In this document: piece after piece, positions 12,013 to 22,900 of the stretch
Numbering within the stretch: the stretch's first letter is position 1
Layout of the letters: each line of letters begins with the position of its first letter
Assembly (NCBI RefSeq): GCF_006345805.1
Contig: NC_043009.1
Coordinates: forward strand, 51,770,001 to 51,834,000
Direction of reading: 5' to 3'
Length of the DNA: 64,000 nucleotides
Source: Octopus sinensis
Taxonomy: Eukaryota
Made by a program: the position numbers and the translations under genes
Notes under the pieces: generated by a model
Databases searched by the model: none
The model's input: only the letters and a program-made list of their open reading frames with translations
What the model was told of the DNA's origin: nothing

Positions 12013-12634
12013 CTGCTTGATGGGCACAATTACCCATTCCAAGACAATGTTTTTATATTTCGCCATGCTTTGCAAAAAAACACAGAAAAATGTTCCAAAA
12101 GTTCAAAATATTCAAATAAAAGTCCTAAGAAACACAAAGAAACAACTGAAAGACAAAGCAGAGGAAAGAACAAAGGAAGACAGTTCCAGCACGGCAACAC
12201 AATTCCGCCACTTAGGTAATCCGGGTCCACAGGTAATCCGCAAATAATCAACAGGTAATCTTCCAGAATATTGCTTCACACAGGTACTCCTGTTCACCGT
12301 AGCAGCAAAAAAATTCTTTCGCGAAAGGGTCGAACTTTTATAAAGTTCTCAAATGTTGGTAGCGAGACACGACCATCAAAACAAAACATTTCTCACCGCT
12401 GCGTTACTCAGCGCAACTGCAGCAAACGAATGTTCGACACCCGGTGAGGATTCTTATATGAAAAAAAAAAGGAAAAAACAATGTCATACAACAAATTCCC
12501 AACTAATTCCCTAAAAAAAAAAACAAGTGCCTACCTTGCAGTCGCGCCTCTTCAACAGTTCTTTGATTCAAGACGGCCACCAACGCACGTCTTGACAGTG
12601 TTCAATCTGATAAGTAATTAACAAATACGCATGC
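12013..12634 (-). mobile_element. Putative LINE (L1/Tx1-like) 5' UTR and ORF1 start inserted in SINE-B head
   Basis: Non-SINE 620-bp block with three ATTACCT repeats on the minus strand, ending GCAAAGC-ATG-GCG (MAKYKNIVLEWVIVPIK). Identity as a LINE 5' end is inference from architecture and my recollection of similar Octopus repeats. Confidence 0.5.
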
Positions 12635-12676
12635 GCATAACCAAACTACTTAGCACACATCCACTCCTACGCCTAT
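12635..12676 (-). mobile_element. SINE-B 5' head (first ~40 nt)
   Basis: Minus strand ATAGGCGTAGGAGTGGATGTGTGCTAAGTAGTTTGGTTA versus window consensus ATAGGCGCAGGAGTGGCTGTGTGGTAAGWAGCTTGCTTM. Confidence 0.8.
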
Positions 12677-12685
12677 ATAGAAAGA

Positions 12686-12785
12686 CATTTATAGCGCCTA
12701 GGTTTCCCAAGCGGTCACACATCTAAGTACTAACTATGCTCGACGTTGCTTAACTTCGGTGATCGGACGAGAACCGGGTTTTCAC
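12686..12785 (-). pseudogene. 5S rRNA pseudogene (5' ~18 nt missing)
   Basis: Minus strand GTGAAAACCCGGTTCTCGTCCGATCACCGAAGTTAAGCAACGTCGAGCATAGTTAGTACTTAGATGTGTGACCGCTTGGGAAACC matches the conserved metazoan 5S core including the internal control region; 3' end diverged; 5' end replaced by microsatellite. Confidence 0.92.
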
Positions 12786-12801
12786 AGATACATACATGCA
12801 T

Positions 12802-12842
<41 letters not shown>

Positions 12843-12940
12843 GATATATATATATATATGTATATATACATATGTAGGTCCCGGGTTGAGTCGGGTTAAC
12901 CACAGCAAATAAGGTACTCAATACATAGCAGAGTAAATTA

Positions 12941-13052
12941 ATTTATTTTATAGAAGAGCTTCTACCGGACTAGAACTGTTTCATTCAAAAGAAATCTTCT
13001 TTTGAATGAAAACAGTTCTAGTCCTGTAGAAGCTCCTTCTATAAAATAAAAT
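12941..13052. repeat. Near-perfect 112-bp palindrome (53/56-nt arms, 3-nt loop)
   Basis: Left arm 12941-12993, loop ATC, right arm 12997-13052; about 1 mismatch and 2 single-base indels. Confidence 0.95.
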
Positions 13053-13789
13053 ATATATATACATATATATGTATAATTAAGGAAAAGATAGATTCATATA
13101 TCCAGCTTTATTCTGCAGATAGTCTACAGTTACCTACATATACGTCTGCTGCCTCTCAATGCACACTGCAAAATGTTGCATCTTGGTGTGCATTTTGGTG
13201 TTAGTTACTGCATCTTCGGGGTACTATTAACTGCATTTCAGATTCCATCTGAACTGAATGCAATTCCAACGAAAATATTTCCTACACGTTGTGTTAGTGT
13301 TCTAAAATTAGCCTAACTTCTGACGTTTTCAATTATGCTGGTCAGTAAAATATTTGACTAACTGTCCGAGAACGGGTCAGTATCTTATCTTTCGCATGGT
13401 GAAGTGTAGTATTCGTATTTTGTATCAGTATGCATCCATATATGTATATATGTATGTATGGATGTATATATATATATGGGTGTAATCTTACATTGTTATC
13501 GTAAAAGTGAAAAGACGCTTTTATTTATATGTGTGACTGTGTGAGCGTGTTTGTGTATATGTTCAACACTCACACATACAAGCGCACACATACATGCACA
13601 CTAACACACACACACATATTAAAACAAAACTAAAGACTTGTTTATGAAATAAGTTACATCAGTTTCTTACAATATCACAATTTCTTAACGACATATCTTT
13701 CCAACACTTTCCTTTTTGCACTTACGTATCTACCTTATCTCTGTCTCATTCTTTTATCTGCGTCATATGATGTCCTCAACGATGCTGAC

Positions 13790-14000
13790 AAGTACAATGA
13801 CAACGACAAAGAGGATGATGATGATGATGATAATGTTGTTGTTATCGTTGTTGTTGGTGGTGGTGCTGGTGGTGGTGGTAGTGCTAGTTGTCGTTGTCGT
13901 CGTCATGTTTTTTTTTTCTCAACCACTTATTGTATATGTTAAAACTTCTCTTACATATAGTATTATTTTCTTTCCGATTTCTTATCCTAAGAATTTATGG

Positions 14001-14041
<41 letters not shown>

Positions 14042-14470
14042 TTTCTTTATCATTTTCTTTCTATTTTCACCACATCTTCTCTCTTGGCATTTTTCCACAC
14101 CATTCAGCTCGTGTTTATTATATTCTCTGCGTAAATTTTCTTTAATTTTTATTCCCAAATTTAATTACCAACAGAAACAATTAAGCTATCTAAATGCCGT
14201 AAACAACACCGCTACATGTCTTCTGTCGTGTTTGAGGATTTTATATTTCAATTTATTTAAACACCATCGCCACCGCCATCAACCTTGTACTAATAATCAC
14301 CGTCACCATCACCATCACCATCAATCAGCGCCATCATCAACATTGTCCTTATCATCAACATCATTGACACCATCAACTTCAAAGTTGCCATCATCATCAC
14401 CCTCATCGTCACCCTCAGAATCAACACCACCATTTTTCTTAAAGAACAGCACCAACGTTATCATCAACAA
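13790..14470. repeat. Clusters of (GAT)/(GTT)/(GGT), (TA) and (CAT)/(CAC) microsatellites
   Basis: Direct observation. Confidence 0.85.
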
Positions 14471-14689
14471 TGAAATGCCAATAAGATAATCAGTGCTAAT
14501 TCCAACTGCAAGAAATAGCAGCTAAATGTCCTTCACTGCACGTCTTGCTGTCGTTGATTTTTGTTTTCTTTTGCTCGAGCCCTGGGAGGCATAAAGCCGG
14601 TTACTTGATTTCCATGGGGCATAAGTGATCTAGATCACAACATTATCCCTCAACGGGTCACATGTCCTTTGCGGGTTTCAAGGGTAAGA

Positions 14690-14873
14690 GATTTTCTGGG
14701 AGGGGGCATGTCGAGTCCAGTACTGGACTGATACTTTATTTTATGAGCACAGGACGTGCAAAAAAGAAAGTTGACTTCGGTTGGATTTGAACTTATAACC
14801 TAAAGCACCGGAAGAAATGCCGCCAAAGAGTTTTGCCGACGTGCATGAAAATAAATTTGCCAGCTCATCGCCT
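14690..14873 (-). mobile_element. Degenerate SINE-A
   Basis: gttgacttcggttggatttgaact and tttgccagctcatcgcct match family motifs. Confidence 0.7.
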
Positions 14874-15004
14874 CACTGTCGTAATATAGGGCAAAATAAA
14901 GGCCAGTGGATTTCGAGGGTATCTCATTACTGAAAAGGAGAACGAATTGTAAACAAGAGGTGTGTGTTTATTCATGTGTCTCTAAGATCTAGATTAACCA
15001 GGGA

Positions 15005-15535
15005 CTAATCAACAACAACAACAACAGCAACAATAGCAATAACAACAACAGAAATTTCAATAAAAACAATCAATACATAATAATAAATAGCAAATAGGAA
15101 TAAAAATTATTGTTTCACTTTTATTTATTATTTTTAGTTTTTTTTTTATATTCTTGTAAACAAACTCATTTTTCTTCAAGGTGTTGATTTATATGTTATT
15201 CTGCTGACACATTTATGCTAACTATCGCCAATTTGTTCGGAAAATAGGTGATATCAACAACAATATTTAAAACAACAACAACAACAACGGCAACACTAAA
15301 TTCATTGTTATTCTTTCATCAAATAATACCTTCAAAAGAACTGCAACAATAAAACAGTTTGAAACTAAATTTGTGTGACTACCACTAGTTTTGCTGCTGC
15401 TACTACTACTACTACTACTGCAGCTGCTGCTGCTGCACCTCCTGCTACTATAAGAAAAAAGGAAGAAGGGGATGAAAAAGTAGTAGTGGTGGTGGTGATG
15501 GTAGTAATAGTTGTAGTAGTGGTAGCAGCAGAATA
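15005..15535. repeat. Compound trinucleotide microsatellites (CAA, CTA, CTG, GTA, GTG)
   Basis: Direct observation. Confidence 0.85.
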
Positions 15536-16324
15536 TATTATTATGGCTTCAAAAAGCGTGTAGTGGGAAAGCATTTAGAACAACACAACGACAAAAGCAG
15601 TGGGGATTTATATAAACGCCTGTAAAAATATATAAACAAAGCAACGATTAACAAGTAAATTATACCAAAATATTCCCCATCAGTGGAAAATCCACCCAAA
15701 GGCAAAGAAGCAATATCACAGATTTCGAATCACACTGTTTACAAACAGTTTCATTGCTAGTGCCTCTCTCTCTCTCGTCTGTAATTTTAAGCCAATGGGC
15801 GCATACTTAGAGTGGGCCAATGCATTTGATCCATTTTCGTTACATTCATTCACTTTCAAAATATTTAATGGTGCGGTGTCGTGCCCCACTTACAATTATC
15901 CTTTTTTCTTTCCAAGTGGAACTTCAAAACGTCGATGAATGTTTGGTCAGAAAGTAAAGTGTCTACCTTCACTTCTTTAAGTGTTGTCCACCAAACAACC
16001 TCTATCGACATAGCCCCCAGAGACAAGAATATCTCTGCCCTTCATGACCAAGAGCCGAATCCATCCGTGACTTGATAGTAGTGCTTCGTTAAAACTACAG
16101 AAAGATAGTATTGTTTAGGCGCTAAACGTTCGCGTTTAGAACGGTTTCGTCGGCTCACCTGTCTCTCAAGCAGGTGCAGCTGACATCACTACTCTGCCTG
16201 TAAAAAAATTATACTAAATAGGCAATGCCTCTCCAGCATCACTGACTGCACAGAGATTTCTTGATACTATCCCAAGTCCACAACAGGAACGAGAACGAAA
16301 TCCAGCCAGTTGAATTTCAACCGT

Positions 16325-16630
16325 GCTCAGATTTTCCTGAGGACGCCTACGTTCTGAGTTCAAGTTCCTCCGAGGCCGATTTTAACTTTCATCCATTCGA
16401 GGTCAATAACTTAAATATCACTTGAATAATGGGGTCGATATAATCGACTATACCCCTCCCCCAAATTTCAGGCTTAGTGCTCATAATAGAAAGTATTATT
16501 TCTAATTTTGCCTGAGAGACAGCAATTTTGTGGTGAGCATATTAGACGATTGGTATCCATGATAATCGTTCCCGAAGGGATGTAAAGCAAGGTTTATGTC
16601 AGTTGATTTTGAACTCAGAAGGTAAAGCGT
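16325..16630. mobile_element. Tail-to-tail pair of degenerate SINE-A copies (+ at 16325-16500, - at ~16500-16630)
   Basis: gttctgagttcaagttcc B-box on plus; ttttgaactcagaa on minus ~260 bp downstream. Confidence 0.65.
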
Positions 16631-17819
16631 TGCCACAATAGTCTCTATTTTAAGCAAAAACCCTGTAATTTTGAGGGATATGGATTGTTCTATACTACCA
16701 ACTATATATAATACATCATTGATAATTTACATTTATTATATAGGCAATTTTATCTGTAAATACGAGTGCAAGAGGTGTGCCGATGCAGTCGAGCCGGTTT
16801 GGGGGTGAAAGACCAAGTTTATCTCGACAGGATTTCAAATCAGTGGTTTTCGAATTCAGACCAGAGATGTTAAGTGACACAGTTCCTTACTACCATCGAT
16901 CCCATTACTTCAGTGGTACTATATTTTGTCCGACCCCTGTATATTGATAGATAGATAGATAAATAGATAGATATAGATATAGGTAGGAAGAGAGATATGT
17001 TATGTAATATATATAATAGATATGTTATATATACACCCCCGTTGTTGTTCAGGTAATTACTTTTACACTTTCTCGGGAGTCACATTCAAAGTGTTATTCT
17101 ATATATAGATTTACTCCTCCTATATGTGTGTATTTTATAAGTAAATAAACATAATAATCAAGTAGAAAAAGATCAGTTTCTTACACGAACTTCTGTTTGT
17201 TTATTATAAAACAATTATATGTTATCTTATATATCAATCGCCCTAGAACTAGGGATCGTCTTATATACCCCGTATAAAATGTGAGCCTCATCTTCCTGGG
17301 GTTTACAGTATCCCCAATGTCAATGGAGAACAGTGTGAAGCAGTCGCATAGATGTTATCGTTCAACAGAACAGTATTTTCTACAGATACTTGCACATATC
17401 GAGGAGTACACTGTAAAACACTCACCTAGACCCTATGGTTCTACAACTGAGTATTTTCTTCTGATACGTACATGTACCACTGGGAAGATAGATTATTAGT
17501 AAGATTATGTTAAAATAACAGCACTCCAAACAATGTTAACAAGCAGCTCGTTCATGATCTACACTGCTTCGTTAGAGCACTCTCTCATTCAGTGCTCAGC
17601 CAGCCGATGGATTTCAGGACAAGTGTAGTAACAAACCTGTTACGGCAGATTAGCAGCATGTACCGGTACCATCTGTGAATAGCTAGTTCGTGTCAATCAG
17701 ACAAATGACAATAAACCTTATAGACACCGGTTTCATTTAAACATTTATAGAGAGGATTTCTTGAAAATGCTCCAAGTTGTCACTGGGTGAACATTAATTT
17801 TCAGCAACTGTAAAACTCA

Positions 17820-18050
17820 TGCATGGCTACAAGTGATAAACGAAGGAAATATGAAGCTGGTTTTAAGCTGAAAGTGTTAGCATACGACAAGTCTCACAAC
17901 TGTACTGCTGCCACAGAATACGGTGTAACCGACAAGATCGCCAGAGTCTGGAGATTAAAGGAAGAGTTATTATATACACCCAGGACAAAATGTGCAATGA
18001 GAGAAGGCTCTGCACACTCGCACATTCTAGAGAAGCATGTATAAGACATG
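17820..18050 (+). pseudogene. pogo/Tigger-family transposase N-terminal (BrkDBD-like HTH) fragment
   Basis: ORF 17823-18044 MATSDKRRKYEAGFKLKVLAY...NCTAATEYGVTDKIARVWR matches the KRRxYxAxFKLxV...AAxEYGV...VRxWR pattern of pogo-type transposases; no DDE domain follows. Confidence 0.75.
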
Positions 18051-18182
18051 GCACATCAGCAGCATCAAAATAGAAAGGTTGCTTCAAGACGAATAGTCAT
18101 GCACAGCAAGACGAAATTTATAAATTAAGGAAAATACTAGCGGTGTAATTTATAACATTTCTAATATATTACAATATATTAT

Positions 18183-18810
18183 GTGCAGGCGTAGCTGTTT
18201 GGTAATAAGCTTTCTTCCCAAATACATGGTTCCGGGTTCAGTCCCACTGCGTGGCACCTTGCGTAAGTATTTTCTACTATATCCTTGGGCCGACCAAAGC
18301 CTTGTGAGTGGATTTGGTAGACGGTAGCTGAAAGAAGCCCGTCATATATATTATATATCTAATGTATGAAAAAACTTTTTTCGAAAAAAAAATTTTGTCA
18401 ATGGCCAGCATATTAAAAAATTCCTTTAAAGGTTAAATTTATATAATTCATAAATAAGGGCAAACGAAAAAATTTCTAACGCCAAATATGCCGAAAAATT
18501 GGATATATTGTCCATTAACAATATAATTTTTTCACCATAAGCACGCTACTCGAAAAAAGGGCGACAGAAATTTCTAAAAATTCCATTATTACCATATCGG
18601 ACCTATTTCAGGGTTAGCTCATAAGAGCCCTCCCTTCGTCAGTGATAAATGTGGCAAAAGAAATAAATGAGATACTTGCTCATACCCATGGAAGAAGCAA
18701 ACACTAAGTCATGAGCACATTAAGTACCCCAAATACATCCAAAATAGAAATACTCCAGCCCATTCAAGACACGTGCGAGATTTGAACTGAGGTCCTCATT
18801 TATGAATTAT

Positions 18811-18847
<37 letters not shown>

Positions 18848-18854
18848 CATATAT

Positions 18855-18886
<32 letters not shown>

Positions 18887-18928
18887 GTATATATATATAT
18901 GATATATATAATATATATATATATATGA

Positions 18929-18959
<31 letters not shown>

Positions 18960-19316
18960 AGATATATGATATATATATATATATATATATGATATATATA
19001 TATATATATATATGATATATATATTATGATATATATATAAATCATATATATATGATATATAATATATATATATATGGATTAATATATATATATGATTATT
19101 ATATATGAGACTTATGATATATTATATGATCGGTATTATATCATGATATAATATTATATTATATATATATATATAAGATGTATGATAGATAATATATATA
19201 TATTATATTTTATATATGATAGGATAAATAGGTGATATATATAATATCTATATATATATATAGAATATAATATATATATATATAGATTATATATATATAT
19301 ATATATATATATTATG

Positions 19317-19348
<32 letters not shown>

Positions 19349-19427
19349 GATAATTATATATATAAATTATATGATATATGATATATATATATATGATAGA
19401 TATATATATATTATATATATATATATA

Positions 19428-19496
<69 letters not shown>

Positions 19497-19705
19497 GTGT
19501 GTGTGTGTGGTGTGTTTGTCTCCCCCACCATCGCTTGACAACAGGTGTTGGTACATTGCGTCCCTTAATTTAGCGGTTCGGCAACATTGGCCGATAGAAT
19601 AAGTACTAGGCTTACAAACAATGAGTCCTAGGGCCAACTTGTTCGACTAAAGACGTTGCTCTAACATGGCCGCAGTCAAATGACTGAAAAACACTAAAAG
19701 TAAAG
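18183..19705 (+). mobile_element. SINE-B split at its central microsatellite by a ~450-bp insert and a ~680-bp (TA)n expansion
   Basis: 5' half 18183-18350 with B-box GGTTCAGTCCC (18235-18245); foreign sequence 18358-18805; (TA)n 18805-19485; 3' half 19485-19705 ending catggccgcagtcaaatgactgaaa. Confidence 0.88.
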
Positions 19706-20155
19706 TAGTAATACCGTAAGTACATCTGTAAATCCATTACAAGTAAATGATGCAATAATGTATTATTTACACCATATTAGAGCCTGTAAAATAGTGACGT
19801 CACTACGGCACGCCAGCCAGGTAAGTTTGATGTTTATTATAGAAGGTAATTTACAATAGTTTGCTCCCGGATAAATTTTAAACACCCAGGACTGCAGAAT
19901 TGTTGAATATAAAGTTTACTGATTGAAACCTAGTTTAAAAACAAGAGAAGCAGTAGCCTCTGGGGCAGTTGGGGAAGCTGCAACTCACCCGGCCCCTTTT
20001 GCTATGAACATCGCACTTTCGGCGCTTGAGCTATTTCCAACGAAATCTTGGGGTAGTCTGATACAGCAAGTATACATCAAAACTTCCTTTTTAAATGAAA
20101 ATCCTCGGGTGTCGTCTTGCACACCCAGTCACATTATACGCCGTCATATACGGTA

Positions 20156-20189
<34 letters not shown>

Positions 20190-20329
20190 GAACAAAATAC
20201 ACCCCGTCCAATGGAAGGTGCTGTGTTATCAAACATTTAAACCAAATTTTCTCAAAACAACTTGTCCGACCGTCCCATAGGCCACTCCTTTGAGAAACAC
20301 TGATTTAAACTAAATTTGAGACAACAGTA

Positions 20330-20531
20330 AAAGAAGAAATAGCGATAGACGTTTTTTTCTATTCCAAAGAATGCTTTATCTATCGCATTCTCAACTAGAA
20401 TCGATCTTCGTAACTTTTTCAAGACTTATACACGCTCTGATGCCGTCGGTATTTACATATCAAATTTGACCCAATCGGATGGCGGATGCCCGAGATCCTA
20501 GAAGAAACACACACACTGACAGAACGGATTT

Positions 20532-20545
<14 letters not shown>
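20330..20545 (-). mobile_element. Probable 5' terminal fragment of a non-autonomous Helitron
   Basis: Minus strand (TA)nATATAAAATCCGTTCTGTCAGTGTGTGTG...CCATCCGATTGGGTCAAATTTGATATG parallels the 5' layout of the 10311 element; the TC terminus is hidden in the TA run. Confidence 0.55.
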
Positions 20546-20568
<23 letters not shown>

Positions 20569-22199
20569 AATTTGTATATATGCGTGTGTGTGTGTGTGTG
20601 TGTAATGCTCCCCGCTTTCAGACATGACTCTTAATAAAATGCGATATTTTTATAGTTCTTCACATTTCTGAATAGAATTTCTTCCTTTGTTTTCTTTGCC
20701 TAATATTCCTGCTTTTATCTAAAATGATGAAAATGGATTCTTCCATTCTTTTTAAATAGCTTCATTTAGTCTAAATATTGTTTTTCTTTTTAAATATGTT
20801 TATTAATTTCTCTTTTTCTTTTTCTGCTTGGATATTGTTTTATATTTTCGTTTAACACGCATTTTCGCTGGCATTTAACAAAAAATATTTTTTTGTCCGT
20901 TTCAACAGGAAAAAAAAATCCTTGTTTCTTTTATTTCTACTTTAATGTCATTTTTGTTTTAAAATATCTTTTGTTTCGAAAGAATATATTGGAAAAAAAT
21001 TATAAACAATAACAAAATATACAAACAAAACCTACATTCAATTCATATCATTCTTTGATTTTCTAACAAAAAGAAACCAAACCAACTTCTTCCCACCGAA
21101 AACATAACAAAATCGAAAACAGCTGAAATTAATGGAAATTAGTGACGGCTTGCAACGACAAACTCAAACCAAAACATTTAATAAAATTCGGTTTAATAAG
21201 ACTAATGAAGCTATCAAGATTATATGATATTTCGGGATACAGTACGAGAGTTAAAAATAACGAATGGATGTGCATAAAACAGTGCGATACAAGGAAGGGT
21301 AGCAATGTTAATATTTTGAGCAAGGTCGTTCTTAGTGGGAAAAAATGCGGTTTAATATGCGAAAATCTCAAACTATTTCTGTCACATAAACCACGTAAAA
21401 AGCCTAATATTTGGGGGAATTTAATGTTTTCAACAATAAACACATTCAAAACCTCTTGCTGTCAATGGAATCAGGAATTTGCTGAACAGTCGTATCTACG
21501 TGAAACATCTGACAATTTTCTTATGAATAATAGTTTCTGACTAAGGCACTAAGCCAATAGTTTTTAGGGATGTGGATTATTCAATAAAGCTGACTATAGT
21601 ACTTTATTGGGAATTTACTTTTATTATAGAGGCAAAAGACCTGTAAGTTTGACTTCAGGAGATTTGCCAATGCAAATCAAGGTGGCTTGAAAGACAATGT
21701 TTATTTCTCCGTGATTTCAAGTCATGGTTTCAAAATTTAGGCACAACGCCAGAAATTTTAAGTAACGTAGTTGCTAAATATCATCGATCTCATTACGTAC
21801 TGGCAATATATTTTTGCATATTAAAGCTTATTTCTCCCAAGAAGATAAGGTACGTTAGAATATGTACTCACTTCTTCGGTAAAGATGCGGGAGGAAGCAG
21901 GTGTCTATGTATGAAACGCCCTTCACCATAGGCCTTCTTGGTCGATTAGGTCAGAGTTGATGTTAAAGAGCAACAGAAGAGGCACATACCAAATGAGTTT
22001 GTATATTTCCCTAGAGTCAGAGTGGTTGTGACATTGAAGCAAGGTGACCATAGAACAGCTCACACTTAAAACAGCATAGAACATGTTAGAAGAGCTTGCA
22101 TCCGAGGAGTCTACTGTTTTTTGAGATATCAACGTGTCAATGCCGTTACTTTGGATGTTTATCCGAAATGTGTAAACCTAGCCCTGCCTGTCCTTGTTG

Positions 22200-22720
22200 G
22201 CAATGTACCATGAGGTTACGTCATTGGAGTTGCGCCATAGAGGGAGGCTCGTGTGTCTTCTTATATCATCATTAATCTTCCTCAGTATGTACTTACTCGC
22301 CTAGCGAAAATCGGACGTGGCCGGGTTGATCAAGCGGCATTTGGGGTTAGAGATAAAATTCGGCTTTGATCACAGAAATACGCCTTCCATCTCAAGCCTT
22401 ATAAAGCCTATCATTTTCTCCAATAGCATATTCATATAGACGTCATCAGAACGTATAGGGATATTTTTTGTAGAATATTTTAAATCGAAACGTTCCATGT
22501 TATCCTTGATGTTGCAATTGATAATATGTAGAAGCGAATGGATCGGTACAGTAATCAAACGTAGATGATGAAGTGGATTACGTAAGACACTATGTAGCCG
22601 GGTCGCAGATAAACAGTTAATAAAGAAACATATATCAGAAAGAAGCACTCTTTTATATATATAATCAGTGTAAGAAATTATAGTGTGCTTTCCAATGGGA
22701 TACATGTGGAAATCCGTAAA
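22200..22720 (-). mobile_element. Internally deleted Penelope-like element fragment
   Basis: Minus strand MERFDLKYSTKNIPIRS...LLEKM...RLRWKAYF fused directly to NFISNPKCRLINPA...SKYILRKINDDIR...LWRNSNDVTSW; both blocks are characteristic of Penelope-like ORFs but normally lie far apart. Confidence 0.8.
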
Positions 22721-22789
22721 TAATTGAGAAGTATAAAGAAAAATAATTTAATGAGAGAAATTGCATTGAAGAGGCTTTTATTATAAATC

Positions 22790-22900
22790 ATAAAAAAATA
22801 AGTCCTTGCGTCGATTTTTGCGACTAAAAAGTATATCTTGTAGACGGTGCTCCAACATGACCGCAGTCAAATAACTGAAACATGTGAAAGAATGAAAGAA
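22790..22900 (+). mobile_element. SINE-B 3' tail fragment
   Basis: aataagtccttgcgtcgattt and gacggtgctccaacatgaccgcagtcaaataactgaaac. Confidence 0.75.

Noticed and set aside
16122-16139. CTAAACG-TTCG-CGTTTAG UUCG-tetraloop hairpin
   Set aside because: A 7-bp stem is expected by chance, and the closing pair is not the canonical C-G.
20288-20302. hAT/Charlie-like TIR (minus strand CAGTGTTTCTCAAAG)
   Set aside because: No matching opposite TIR or 8-bp TSD found nearby.
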